Source: Squalus acanthias (taxonomy: Eukaryota). Taken from it: 64,000 nucleotides of DNA. The position numbers and the translations under genes are program-made. The first letter of the stretch is position 1. Every line of letters starts with the position of its first letter. The DNA lies in NCBI GenBank assembly GCA_030390025.1, contig JASTWF010000036.1:2544001-2608000 (forward strand), written 5' to 3'. Under the pieces are notes generated by a model. That model was not told the DNA's origin. It made no database searches and saw only the letters and a list, made by a program, of their open reading frames with translations. Below, in pieces: positions 1 to 12,773 of the stretch.

Positions 1-137
1 TTAGTTGACTGTTAAATGAAAATACTCGAAGTTTCATGCAAATTAAAACATCAAATTTTAGTTATGTATTTGAGTCATTAAAGTATAAATATTTTCTGAA
101 TCACAAACTACAGAATCTAGAGATTAGAAATTACTTA

Positions 138-485
<348 letters not shown>

Positions 486-774
486 CTTACAGCAACATTG
501 TGAGAATATCAGCAGTGACAGTCATCAACAGCATTTTTGTTGTTCTGTTTTAGGTTCTATTATGCAAACATCTTGAAAACATTTTGAAAAATAAAATGAA
601 AAATACATAAAATATGAAAATACACAATGGGCACATTCTAAAGCACTGCTCTGGAGACACTCAGCAGGTTTGAGTCAAACCATGGCTAAGGCTAAGGGCT
701 TGAAGAGGTCTGTTGAATATGCTGTAGAAATTAATTCCATTTCCAAATGAATAAAGGATTTTAAAAAGTTCAAA

Positions 775-1290
775 GTCTTCTACTTGTCACCGGACATCAT
801 GATCGCTACTGGAAGTTACCATTCACTGTCTTGCTCCTGCCAGGGACGGCAGCATCCTGAAGGTTAAGCCACATGTATCTCTGTATGCTTCTTTATCTTC
901 TCCATTTTCTCCCTGCAGGTGCTGGGGTACAGTTCTACGGGTCCCAGAAGCTCTCCGTTATCTCCCACAAGTGCAAATGGCCATTCTTCACGTATAAATC
1001 TGACAAAAAGCATCTTCAAACTATTTTACCATGGGGGGGGGGGGGGGGGGGGTGGCGGGCATCACCAGTGAGTCCAATCACATGGTCCAACACACTTTCC
1101 AGCAGAGATCACTGAATAGTGTTCAGGATTGGAAACCTTGGTTGATTTTTTTCGCCCCTCCCAAGTCGAGAGGCAAGGGGCCTATGGGGCCCCTATCATT
1201 CTGGCTATCAGCTAACTCAGCACAAAGCAGAAATTGAACCAGATACTTTCCTGGTCTGCATGGTTCAGTTCATTAAGTCATCAGATAAGC
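775..1290 (-). mobile_element. Diverged LF-SINE-like element
   Basis: Reverse complement contains TGTGCTGAGTTAGCTGAT, GAAGAATGGCCA and AACTGTACCCC blocks shared with the copies at 15900, 24030 and 25020. Boundaries approximate. Confidence 0.5.
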
Positions 1291-1480
1291 TGTGTCTATA
1301 TTCTGAAGATGAACACCAAACAGTGTTCAGTTCTATAACAGTTTTAAATAACCTGAAGCACAGGGGGGTAAAAACATCCAGGGCTTTACTGCATACAAAA
1401 ACTATGCTATGAACATGGCTTGTCACACAAGGACAAGATAACTTATTTCACTTGCTGTCTATGAGAAGGGTTCCCTCAAA

Positions 1481-1532
1481 ACTGATCCTTGTCCCTATAA
1501 TGGATAACTGATCCTTGTCCCTATAATGGATA
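1481..1532. repeat. Perfect 26-bp tandem duplication
   Basis: ACTGATCCTTGTCCCTATAATGGATA occurs twice (1481-1506, 1507-1532). Confidence 0.95.
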
Positions 1533-2730
1533 ATGTTACTCAGGTTTCTAGAGATCATAAATCTCTACTTACTATATTTGCATATCTTTGCATTGCACAA
1601 GTTACTGCCACTAGTATGTCACAGCCAAGAAGTGGTTACACACAGTATTTTAGAAAGCCCAGTTCATTAATGATGCTGCCGTCTAGTTCCTTGAATTCTA
1701 TTAAAAATTATAATCTGCTGTAATACATGGGATCAAAAGTCCAAATTCAAAATACATCTCATGTATTTTTCAAGATGAATGGGATCTTTGGGATTATTTT
1801 ATGCTTCTAAGTAATTCAATTCAATTTAATTCACTCTTTAACAGATATTCTTAATGGTTTGGCACCTAATTTACTCATATTTGTTCTCCATGCCAGGTTA
1901 TTGTACCATTATGGACAACTACTATGTCTGCATATCTGCAGTTTATGCTCAACAGCACATGCATATCTGAAAGATTCTAGCTTGGGAAAAGCATGCATTT
2001 TTTATACAACAGGGATTATGAGCAAGATGTCAACTGAACTCCAGTGCGATACAATATTTATCACGTCAGTTAGAGCTACTTTCCCTCCTCCAAGATTTAA
2101 TTTCCAGCAGAAATGCTGCATTTATGGACTACTGAATAGATCTGATGGAGCAAGAGCAGTTTACAGCCGACAATAAATTTAACAAGCAATTGATATTTTC
2201 TGTCTTCATCTGGAGTCCAAGAAACACCCCAATTCCATGGCTCGGTGGTGGAAGCAACAGCATTGTGGGCTGAGGTGATCCAGGAATTCAACTCAATCCC
2301 TGTTCAAGATTTTCAAAATTGGGGGGGGGGGGGGGGGGGGAGAAATCATGTCTAGAACAAAGTCAGCCAGTTTGCATGACACAACAGAAGGCATTAAACT
2401 GACCTTCTGCATTTCTAATAATCCCCATTAAAAATAAACTTCCCCATCTGTTGTATAAACTGAAAATACAAGGCAGCAATAGTGGAGTATCCATTTTATT
2501 CCACTTGTGAGGTACAGCCAGACAACTCACTTCATATTTTGTCACTTTGGTGATATAAGCTCTTCCTCACTCATGGAATAAACTGGAAGGATCCATAGTT
2601 TTTGCCTGTCTCTTCTCAATGCCGTATGAAATGTCATGTGTTCATTGTCATGCAAAGCACACTTTGATAAAGAAGTTAAACAGAACAAAAAGAAACATTC
2701 ATAAGAGGAAATAAGGAAAGAGATACTTAC

Positions 2731-2820
2731 TCCACCTGCTTAGACCAGTCTGGGGGTTTACTAAAAGTCATGAATACACAGTTCGTCAAAATAGTGGCCA
2801 TAATAATCATGCTGAACAAT
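2731..2820 (-). CDS. SCN8A: Voltage-gated sodium channel alpha subunit, third coding exon (90 bp, DI-S1 and S1-S2 loop)
   Basis: Translates (S)[29 protein letters not shown](E), in phase with both neighbouring exons. AC acceptor at 2822-2821 preceded by branch site TTCCTTAAC. GTAAGT donor at 2730. MTFSxPPDWSK resembles Nav1.6. Confidence 0.9.
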
Positions 2821-4384
2821 GTAGATTGGAGTTAAGGAAATCATAATTATTCTTAGTGTTCACTAATTATTAGCACAATATTTGTAGATAAGACATTGCA
2901 TTTTCATTTCCATGGTGCTGTACCTTCTCTGGTTTCTGCCTCAGTTCTATATTTTCATCAGTAGGACTACACATTACGTTGGAACGCACTGCTACCTGGA
3001 TATGAAGCTGTGCCTTAACGTACACGACAGAGATCCTATAAGATGTCTAGAAGGCCAACCCCTGACTCTCTGCTTAAGTCTGAGGTGACAACACCTTATC
3101 ACAAATCAGTTTGAGTAGAAGAATTTTCAATTTAACGCCCCCAATGTCAGGACTCCTGTAAGTAATTTAGTGAACAGATTAAAAATACGTACAACTTCAG
3201 GTCAGCGGGACTCAATACGATTGATGGGTAGGCTGGCCTGGGGTAAGAGTGCAGCACCGTGGCTTCATCCATGGTGAATGGCAAAGAATGGGCATCATTC
3301 AGATGGCTAACATGGAGCTCACTGTTTCATACTGGTATCCATGGGATTACTGGCTGGCTTTGGACCACAGAGTCCTGTTTTTGAGTGAGCTGCTTGGAAA
3401 ATTCTAAAATGGCACACAAATACCAAAAATCTATTTATTTAAAAATAGACGTCAATGTTTCCTCTTCGGTGTTTGATGAGGTGAAGGAATTAGTTATTTA
3501 GGTTTCAATGAATTTCCATCAGCAGAGAAAATGTCAGAATTCAAGCCTGATCCTATCCCAATCACTGTTCTATCCGCCCCCTTGGCATGAGGTGAGAAGT
3601 CAAGGCCTCCAGCCTTCTTACAGGATCTCCACTGTTTACACAATTCTTGCCTTACTTTTCTTGAATCCCAAGGAATATTCCATGTGTGTGATATTCCAAG
3701 AATGGACAGTACACAGAAAGAAAGAAAATCACTTCACAAAATGGACGAAGCAACATAAAAATGCATAACGCAATGCCAATCGCTAACAGAGTGCTGTAAT
3801 CACAGCTTTCACAAAAAAAAGTGTGGGCTGGTGAAAGGAGTAATGGCAACTTAATATAAAATATTACAAGAGAACAGAACATGTGACTGTACTGCAAGTG
3901 GCAAAGTATGTGCATCATTTGGATGACTAATGCAGAGATGACTGTCTGTTTGTAATGGCTCTCAATGAAACGTGATTCCTGTTATCCATTCAAATCAACT
4001 CCTGCCTGTTCCACCATTCTAAAAAAAGGAACACTCAGGCAAAGATTCAAACAGAAAATGCTGGAAATTCACAGCAGGGCGATCAGCTTCTGAATGAAAA
4101 AGAAAACCTAACCTAATGTAACCCTTCATCAGCACTAAATGCAAATCCAGCCTGTATTACTTCTCGAGTTCTTTGAATAATTGAAACAGACATCAGGCTG
4201 TATTCTAAATGACATTTTCATTTTATAAGTGCTATTGCTGGCTCAGTCCCTGCTCCCCAGCTCACAGTGGCTGATACATAGATGCAGATAATTGCTCAGC
4301 CTATACACTAGATGGTTTTGTTCCAAGAGTCCATAATCTAAGCTAGTAGATTAACTGCTTAAACAAGCAATTCACCTTGCTACA

Positions 4385-5150
4385 TAATCCATCCTGATGG
4401 TATGAAAGTCTCCTCTGTCTGCTGGCTGCAAGGAACCTATGTGAAATGAGTTTAGGCCGTCTCAATCCAGTTCCTAGTGGGCATGGAAAAACCGCTCCGA
4501 ATCCTGCACTAAATTGGCAATCTCACTGAAAGAATGGCTGGTGTAGGAAATGAAAATATGTCACACTTGTGCTCGTCTGAGGCGGAGGTACATTGTCGAA
4601 GCAGAGTAGAAGGAGCTTTACTCTGCATCTAACTGTGCTACACCTGACATGGAACTTCTTGATGCAAACATTTGGTATCCAAAACAGAAAATGCTCCATT
4701 TCCTTTCAATGGAAACTTGAATTAAAATTTATTTCCTAGGAAGGAGTTATTCGACCCAAACTGATGGGATAAAACTCTCCTCTATCTGTTGGCTATAAAG
4801 ATCCCAGATGAAATAAGTTTGGGCAGTCACAACCTAGTTCCTAGTGTGTGCAAGCCCCCAGTACAAAACTGCTCCTAAAGCACCATTAATTGTCAGTCTC
4901 ACTCAGAGAGGCCACGTGATGGCTGGTGAGAGAGATAGAAAAATGTCACACCGCTGTAATTGGAGGTGCTTTTCTGAAGTAGGGGCTGAGATATGCTGCT
5001 GAAGCAGAGCGTAGAAAGCTTTGCTTTACATTTAACCTGTGCTATACTTGACTAGGGAGAGCTCGATGCTAAATATTAGAAGCCCAAAATAGGAAATATT
5101 CCATTGGCCAGCAAAAACATCCCTCCCCTTAATGAGTACAAAATTCACAA
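4385..5150 (+). repeat. Two adjacent diverged copies of an ancient ~330-400 bp interspersed repeat (family unassigned)
   Basis: Collinear blocks at ~4385-4705 and ~4755-5150: CTGATGG..AAA.TCTCCT.TCTG.TGGCT, GAAAT.AGTTT.GGC.GTC.CAA, AGTTCCTAGTG, GCTTT.CT..CAT.TAAC.TGTGCTA. Confidence 0.6.
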
Positions 5151-5557
5151 AAAAAACTGTTCTGGCGAAGAGTTACACCCAAAAGGTTAACCTTTCTCTT
5201 TCAGATGCCGATGGACCCAATGTGCATTTCCAGCATTTGTGGCTCGTCTGTTTGCCTCTAACATTTCAGGCAGTACCAAGTGCTTGGTCTTTTTGTTGAT
5301 GTGTAGTTGTCAGACACTGAACTCACAGCTGCAGTGGTAGAAGGAAGCACATCTATCAGTTCACAAAACTTCAATGCAAATCAGATTTTTCTATTTCATT
5401 ATATTAAAGTCATTGAGAGGATTAAATCTACACCATCTAGTACCTGGTGCTACAAAACACATTTGCATTAACTGAATACTGTCCAATCAGCAAGATAATG
5501 TAAAAAAAAATGATTTCCCTGCATGTCAGTAATTAGTCTCTCCTCTGCTGCTGCCCC

Positions 5558-6034
5558 TGTAACCAGGGGACCTCAGTCCCCCATTTTGTTAATAGCTGCT
5601 GGAAACTGAGTGGCTGCTGGCGGCTGCGGACCGGCTGGCAATCTGGCTGCCTTACTGGGTGGCTGAGAGCTGGCTGACTGTGAGTTGGCTGGCCTTCTGG
5701 CTGCAGGTGGCTAGCTGACCTGCTTGCTTGCTTGCTTGCTTGCTTGCGAGCCGGCTTGGCTGATTGATTGCGAGCGGTGGGCTGCGAGCTGACTTGGCGG
5801 ATTGTTTGCGAGCTGGCTTAGCTGGTTGGTTGCACGCAAGCTGGCTGGTTGCTTCAGCTCTCAGTTCCCTTTTCTGCTCCTGGCTGCTCCAGGTCTCAGA
5901 ACCAGTTCTTACTTTGCTATCCCCATCATTAAGTACCATAAGTGCATAGTTCATGTGCTTCACTCTGAACTTGTACTGGTTTTAAAATCTAAAAATTCCT
6001 GCTGTTATGTTCTACTTAAAACCATTTTGTAACA
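5558..6034. mobile_element. Possible solo LTR with internal (GCTG/GCTT)n low-complexity tract
   Basis: Starts TGTAAC and ends TGTAACA (TG...CA). Flanks TGCCCC and TGCCAC match at 5 of 6 bases. GC-rich interior contrasts with AT-rich surroundings. Confidence 0.35.
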
Positions 6035-7131
6035 TGCCACAGACTCTGGATAGACCTGCCGCAGAATTCAATTGCTACAGAATTTGGTCTGAAGTTGCCC
6101 CAGAATTTTAGGTGCTCTGGATATATCTTAATAGACTGCTTCAATTAAGGGCAGCTCATTAGCTCCAGCATCAGTGTTGTACTCTCATTCAGAAGACTCA
6201 TTCGTGAATGAAGCAAGTTCTCTTGCTCCCTCTGTTGGGGGAATTTTGCTGGCTATTAGATAGGCCACTAGATACAGTAACATACAGTATCAGAGCACCC
6301 CAATGGCAAAGGGGAATTTATTTTGTCTTGAATTGGCAGGGAGACCTGTGCCACCCCACAAGGCAAACCTGGTAATGAATAAAATGAAACAACATTGATG
6401 GTGGCTGATAAGAATTCAGTGGCTCAGATTAACCCAACCTTCTGCTTTTCTTGGTTGATCCTTTTTCACTATCTTACATACAGTTACACAGCCTAGTTGA
6501 TGGAAAATTAGCTTAGTATCAGAACAAACATGAATTAGAATTGTAGTCTGATTTTTGCGCAAATTTGCAGACTGGTTCTGGTGACCGTACTGTCAAACAA
6601 GTCCCCCTTAGTGCTGCCTGTTCTGAATTGTCCTTCTATGAATTACAAAAACCCTTCTTTTCCCCGCACCCCTCCCCATGAAGATAATGTTGCAATCCGT
6701 GGTGCAAAAACAATTAAAGGATGCTGCAGTATCCAGGACATTTGGAGAAATGAAAAGGGCCGAGTGGCTGAAACAATTGTGCAGTGTGGGGGTGAATTAA
6801 TAAAACCCCAGCTGATTGAAATAGCTGCATAAATATTTCTATCCAGAACAATAAAGGTTATTACATGATAGCTGCTGTCAATTAGGCATTATACTAGAAC
6901 AGATCAGTTCAACATATTTAACAACCATGACACTGAGGTTCGACGTTTGTTTTCACTAAAAACAAGAGAAAAGCAGATTTTTTTTAAACTAGTATTAACA
7001 AATTGCTAACAAAATCTCAGAAGCCTACGGCTTTCAAATGTACAATTCATGAGAATACAACTTCAGTAGCGGCAATGAAAAATAAGCAGCCATGTTTCTT
7101 CAGCAACTAACAAGCTACTTAACCAGGATAA

Positions 7132-9633
7132 ACCCAGCCCTACACATTGGTGACTTTAACAGCCACCACACTATGTGGAGCTATGAAGCCAACAGTGAAG
7201 ACCTCACAGACTGGATGTCCGCCGAAGATCTGCAACTGGTCTTTGATCCCGAACAGCAAGCAACTTCCCACTCCGCTCGCTGGCAACACGACTACAACCC
7301 GAACCTCATCATCATTTCCAAATGATCAAAGCTGAAGCATGCTCCACGCATCTCGTCAAATACTCCCCGACTTCTCCAATAGTCAACATAGGCCCATGAG
7401 CACCCACACGTTGGCATTGAAAACCCCATGATTCTGTCGAAACAAGTCCCACGGTGGATCCTGGCCAAAGCCGACTGTGACTGCTCGAGGGAAGCCGTTG
7501 AAAAAGTTGTGATTCGAATCCCTGCGACACTGGAATGTCATCACCGGCTCATTGGCCTCCTTACTGCCACCGCTGCCGTCAAGAAGAGTATCCCCCGGGG
7601 CTTCCGGGAAGAATACACTCCCTGCTGGACAAGAGAGACCCAGAATCTGCTCCGGCAGTACAACCAGTCGGGCAGCCCACAGGCTGCGAAGGCCCTACTT
7701 GAGTCTCAAGACTCAGCCAGATGCCAGTGGTGGATTGAGTGTGTTGAAGATCTGGACTTCACACACTCTAGTCGCCATACCTGGGCCGTACTACGATGTC
7801 TTGGAGCCACTAATCCGAAGGAGTATCGGACCTCAAACGTCCGGCACAACTACATAGCCTCCATACAGGTGGAGAGCACAAAAGGACCGCTCGATAAAAA
7901 CACCAAGCAAGAGATCCATCGTCATCTAGTGAAGGAGGGTTTAGCCGCAATGAAGGGAAGGCGGCCGGGGGAGATGGTATCCCCCTGGAATTTCTTCATC
8001 AACTAGGCCCCAGGGAACTTCAATGGTTGACGAATCCGGATGCATTCCAAAAGCATGGCGGGAGGCGACAGTCATTACCATACTCAAATCGGGCAAAGCG
8101 ACCGACGACCCGGGAAGCTATAGGCCAATATCACTCCTGTGCACGACTTACAAACTCCTAGAACGCATCATCCTCTGGAGAATCAGCCCTCTTGCCGAGT
8201 CAGTGATCCCTGAAGAACAAGCGGGATTCCGACCTAAACGCAGTTGCTGCGACCAAGTTTTTGCCCTTACAATGCACATCGAGGCCGGATTCTAGAAGAA
8301 ATCCAAGACCGGTGCAGCCTTTGTAGACCGGTCATCGGCCTACGACATGGTCGAGATTAGATGCCTGATGCTGAAGTTCGCAAGGATCATCCCCTGCCTC
8401 AAAACACTATGCCTGCTATGGACGATGCTGAGAAATAGGCAGCTACATGTTCATTTGGGCGACAAGGTCAGGTCACCCCGGTCCCTCAACGGACTGCCAC
8501 AAGGTTCAGTACTCTCGCCGCGCTCTTCAATGTCTACATGAGCAACATGCCGCCAACAAAATCGTGTAAATTTGCATATGCGGATGACCTTGCCCTGGCA
8601 ACGCAAGCAGCCACCTTCAACGACATTGAGTCCACCTTGAACGGGGACCTGAACACCATGGAGTAATATTTCCGGAAATGGAAGCTCCAGCCAAACCCCA
8701 CAAAATAACAGTCACTGCATTCCATCGTGATAACAGGAACACTAAGTGCACCCTGAAAATGACCTTCTGTGGCAACACTGTGCGACATGACCCCACTCCA
8801 ACTTATCTCGGGGTGAAGCTGGACCCCATGCTAACCTTTCACGACCACTAAAGGTAGCTGCCAAGACAAAGAAAAGGGTCAACCTGGTCCAGAAACTGGC
8901 AAGCACAAGCTGGGGAGCATCAGCGCTACCGACATCAGCGATGGCCCTTGTGCACTCCGTAGTCGAGTACTGTGCACCTATGGACCAGAAGTAGCCACAC
9001 TCGACTTGTTGATGTCCAACTGAACACTTCAGTGCGGTGCCACAAACTCTTAAGTCGACCCCAACACCCTAGCTGCCCGTGCTGTCGCACATCGCTCCTC
9101 CATCCATTTGCTGCGATGCCGCAACACTCCGGGAAGTCCGGCGTATCATGGGAAACGAACATCTCCCCATCCACCAGGATCTCAACAACATCCCTCACCA
9201 CCGCTTGAAGTCACGCAAATCCTTTTGGACCCATGCGCTTAACCTTCGACAATGCAAATCCAACCCTGATGATGCTTGGAAAGCCGAATGGAGTTCACAA
9301 GAAGTCACAGACACCTCGTGAAAGACCCGACGCGGAAGACCCCCGGCTTCGATCTTCCACAAAGCTTATGGACAACCCTAAACCGCATCCGCACAAATCA
9401 TGGCAGATGCAGAGACTTGATGCACAAACGGATAACTGAAAACTCTCCAGGGTGCGACTGTGGTCACCCAGAACAGAGCATGGAACATAGAACGACTCAA
9501 TGCCCGATTCACAAATACGAAGGAGGCATCACAGCGATACACTCCGCTACTCCTGGCGCAATTATCTGGCTCAACCACCTGAATATAAAATTATAGTTGT
9601 TGCTTTACATCTACATCAGCCATACGAAGTAGT
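7132..9633 (+). mobile_element. 5'-truncated, disrupted non-LTR retrotransposon, Vingi/Ingi-like (APE-RT-CCHC)
   Basis: APE motif IGDFNSHH. RT motifs YRPISLL, EQAGFRP, GLPQGSVLSP and FAYADD (8571-8588). C-terminal CDCG...H...CP knuckle. 3' end GCCATACGAAGTAGT. Candidate TSD ACCAGGATAA (7122-7131) / ACCAGTATAA (9634-9643). Multiple stops and frameshifts. Confidence 0.75.
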
Positions 9634-10044
9634 ACCAGTATAATTATCGAACATTTTGGTACTTCAGCTGAGGAGTGCGCACTTATTGCAGTAAATGACT
9701 GAATGCCAGTAGAGAAAAGGCTGTTTTAACAACGAGGCCTTACAAGTGCTAATAAACACGGGAATGAAGCAATGGTGGAGCATTTTTGGTGGGGAGCACA
9801 GCCGCCTCGTATGCAAAAGTAGCAATTTGTCAAGACAGGGTCAGTGATGCCTCCACAAATCACAAGATCTGGCAGCAATTAAGGAAGAAGGCGCACTATT
9901 TAAAGGAATGTCCAAATGTAAGGAATGAATATTATTGTATAGTAGGAACACAAGATGTATAGGAACATGAAGGAAAGTAGTAGTTAAAGGTATATGCAAA
10001 AAACATATGCAAAACACAGAAATATTACCAAAGTTGTAGCAAGC

Positions 10045-10625
10045 AGGGCATTAGGCCTGGCAATTAATCTGGACCCATTTTTGGGCCTGGACTTGGCACT
10101 GCATGACCAGCACTGCCCAAACTGAGAGGCCCAAGGATCAATGGAAATTGGTCCTCAGGCTTCATTAACATATTCGGAGTGAGCTGCTGGGGCTGGGCGC
10201 GCCTCCATGGGCATCTCGACCGAGTAAAGACTTCAATGTTGGGCCGCCTACCTTGCTGGAGTCCCGGGAGGGAGGGCGATTGTGACTCCTGTGGAGTCGG
10301 AGGAGCACTCCTGCTCCTCCAGTCTCCACAAGATGGGTTTTATAACAATTTATTTTTTAAATCACTTATCTGGAGTTGGCGGTCATGGGGGTCGCTGAAG
10401 AATTCTGAGTGGGGTAGATCCGACGCCTGCTCCGCTCAATGAATTTCTCAATGAGGTCCTTCAACAGGTGTTAAGCCCATAATTTACATATTTAAGGGGC
10501 ATAACACCTGTTTCAGTCATCCCCTAAAAAAAATGGCCTCATGAATTTGGCAGTGGGACCAATGCCGGTGAGGATTGGACGCAGGCCATCCCACTGCTAA
10601 ATTAGTATTTCAGGCGTAAAATGCT
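10045..10625. mobile_element. Old non-autonomous DNA transposon (probably Harbinger-type MITE)
   Basis: Contains GGAGGAGCACTCCTGCTCCTCC, shared with the elements at 39495 and 47675. GC-rich island in AT-rich intron. Termini eroded. Confidence 0.45.
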
Positions 10626-10959
10626 ATCTACAGCCTATGGGGTGATTCAGTGGACCATTGGCTACACCACATACCTGCGTACTAACCTTTGCCACCCCAA
10701 CTTGGACAGGCACCAGCACAGATGTACACACCATGGGAGAAGTAGATATCGATGACCATGAGAAAGCACAGTGTGAGGAAGGGTTAGCAATGATGGTTGA
10801 TGAGAGGCCATCTGGTATGGAACACAGACCCAACATGTCGCAACAGTCAGGAGGAAACAAATCTTTAGGGGCTTGACTTGAAATGGACACTGGTACAGCA
10901 CCAGCCATGCACTGAAGAGTCACTTGCCTCCTTGCATGAAAGGCAGTCTAGGTAGGATG

Positions 10960-11720
10960 GAGGCTCCATGAATGATGTCATGGAGCACTGCACTTTGCCA
11001 TAAATCACATGGCAACATTTGTGGCATCTGCAGTGGAGACATCGCTTACTTCAGCAATAGGCACAGTAGGAGCATCTCTTACAAAAATATAGCCATCCAA
11101 AATCCAAAACAAACAAAACATATGAAGCACACAAGAGAGGTAACACATAGCGGTTTTGTGATTGTAAATATGTGCAAAAGAAAAAAAATGAGCACTTATA
11201 TAGCACCTTATCATGTCTTTCAGAAACATTTCAAAGCCCTTCACATATAATGAATTGCAGGTGAAACGAAGAATGAAAAGGAAAGCAAGCATGCTTAATT
11301 GCAGAACTGACTGGAAGAGTTGGGCTTTGGGACCCTTGTGCACCTGCTGCTGTGTCTTATGTAGCTGGATGTATAGCGAGACAGGGCCTCAGGTGCCTCG
11401 TTAATGAAGCAGTACATGAAAAAGCGGCTGTTTCCAGAGATGCCCATTGCGAGTGTCTCAAAGGTCCCTGTGGCACCAAAGTTGAGGGCAGTGCTAATCT
11501 TCATAGTCCAGTGTGGACGGTTGACTGTCCCTGTAGGTCTTTGTGGACCAGGGGTCTCACCTCAGTAATAGCCTCCCTGGTGACCCTGAACCTCCTCATG
11601 TTCTACTTCTCCGCAAGGCCCAAGCAGCAGACTTTGGTGCAGTATACTACTGCCTGGGGGTAATACCTGCAGAAAGTGGTGTGCCTCCTATGCTTAAGAA
11701 GCACCATCGCCTCCTCCTTC
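10960..11720 (-). pseudogene. Decayed PIF/Harbinger (HARBI1-like) transposase remnants
   Basis: Minus strand 11620-11390 gives RRFRVTREAITEV...KISTALNFGATGTFETLAMGISGNSRFFMYCFINEAPEAL, resembling the HARBI1 N-terminal RxRFxxE / ALxFxATGSFQ region. 11065-10975 resembles the C-terminal LLKxRxRCL...CxVLH motif. Frames are broken. Confidence 0.6.
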
Positions 11721-12343
11721 ATTGTGATATAGTGTCACTGTCCTTAGGCACAAAGCCCCTCTCACTGCTATGTCTCACTGCTATGGTGGTACTTTCAAAT
11801 CACCCCCTTTATTAAACTCTCAAACATCTGCTTTGACCTGAAGTGATATACTGACTTGTCAATCCAACTCTGCAACAGAATGCTGCATAAGTTCATCATT
11901 AAATGACAATTTAGCCTTAACAGGTTAAATTGGCCTTTTTTACTTCTTTGTTTGAGGGATAGGAATGCTCAGAGGACAAATGATAAACACGGGCAAATCA
12001 GGGGAGATTTTTCTGAGTTTGCACCTAGGATCACCTATATCCTAGATGTGAATATCAGAAAATTGGGTAGGTCGGAGCCCATGCATGCAAAGGAACCTGC
12101 CCCATTTGCTTGCATTCATTTAAATGGATGGGAAATCAGGCAAATTCCTTTACAGATGATCCTGGGAAAGAACCAGGACAATATCCCCATCATCTGTTGT
12201 TGTTTTCTTCCAACATTCCACCATTCTTTGCTCAGATATGCTTTTTTACTAGGATGAGTGAACACGAGAATAGCGGATCCTAGATTAGTCTGCAGGCTTT
12301 ACAAGAGACAAAACTAGCACTTGGAAAGAACCAGTCCATCGCA

Positions 12344-12773
12344 GGGCAACACGGTGGCATAGTGGTTAGCACTGGTGCCTCACAGCGCCAGGGACCTGGG
12401 TTCGAATCTGACCTCGGGTGACTGTCTGTGTGGAGTTTGCACATTCTCCCCGTGTCTGCGTGGGTTTCCTCCGGGTGCTCCGGTTTCCTCCCACAGTCCA
12501 AAAATGTGTGGGTTAGGTTGATTTGGCTATGATAAATTGACCCTTAGTGTTAGGGGGGATTAAATATGTGGGGTTATGGGGATAGGATGGGATATGTATG
12601 GGGGAATTAAATACGTGGGGTTACGGGGGTAGGGTGGGATATGTGTACTGTGGGGATTAAAGCAGGGACAGGGTACTGGATTTGGATGATCAGCCATGAT
12701 CGTATTGAATGGCGGAGCAGGCTCGACGGGCCGAATGGCCTACTCCTGCTCCTAGATTCTATGTTTCTATGTT
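12344..12773 (+). mobile_element. tRNA-derived V-SINE (HE1-like) with CR1-derived 3' tail, full length
   Basis: A box TGGCATAGTGG and B box GGTTCGAATC. V-domain TGTGTGGAGTTTGCACATTCTCCCCGTGTCTGCGTGGGTTTCCTCCGGGTGCTCCGG. Tail GGCCGAATGGCCTACTCCTGCTCCTA(TTCTATGT)n. Confidence 0.9.

Noticed and set aside
12001..12188. Possible small MITE GGGGAGATTTT...AATATCCCC
   Set aside because: The TIR is short and imperfect, and the flanking triplets do not match.
12344..12420. tRNA gene (also at 26404 and ~21345-21420)
   Set aside because: The A/B boxes belong to SINE heads that continue into V- or Deu-domains and LINE-derived tails.
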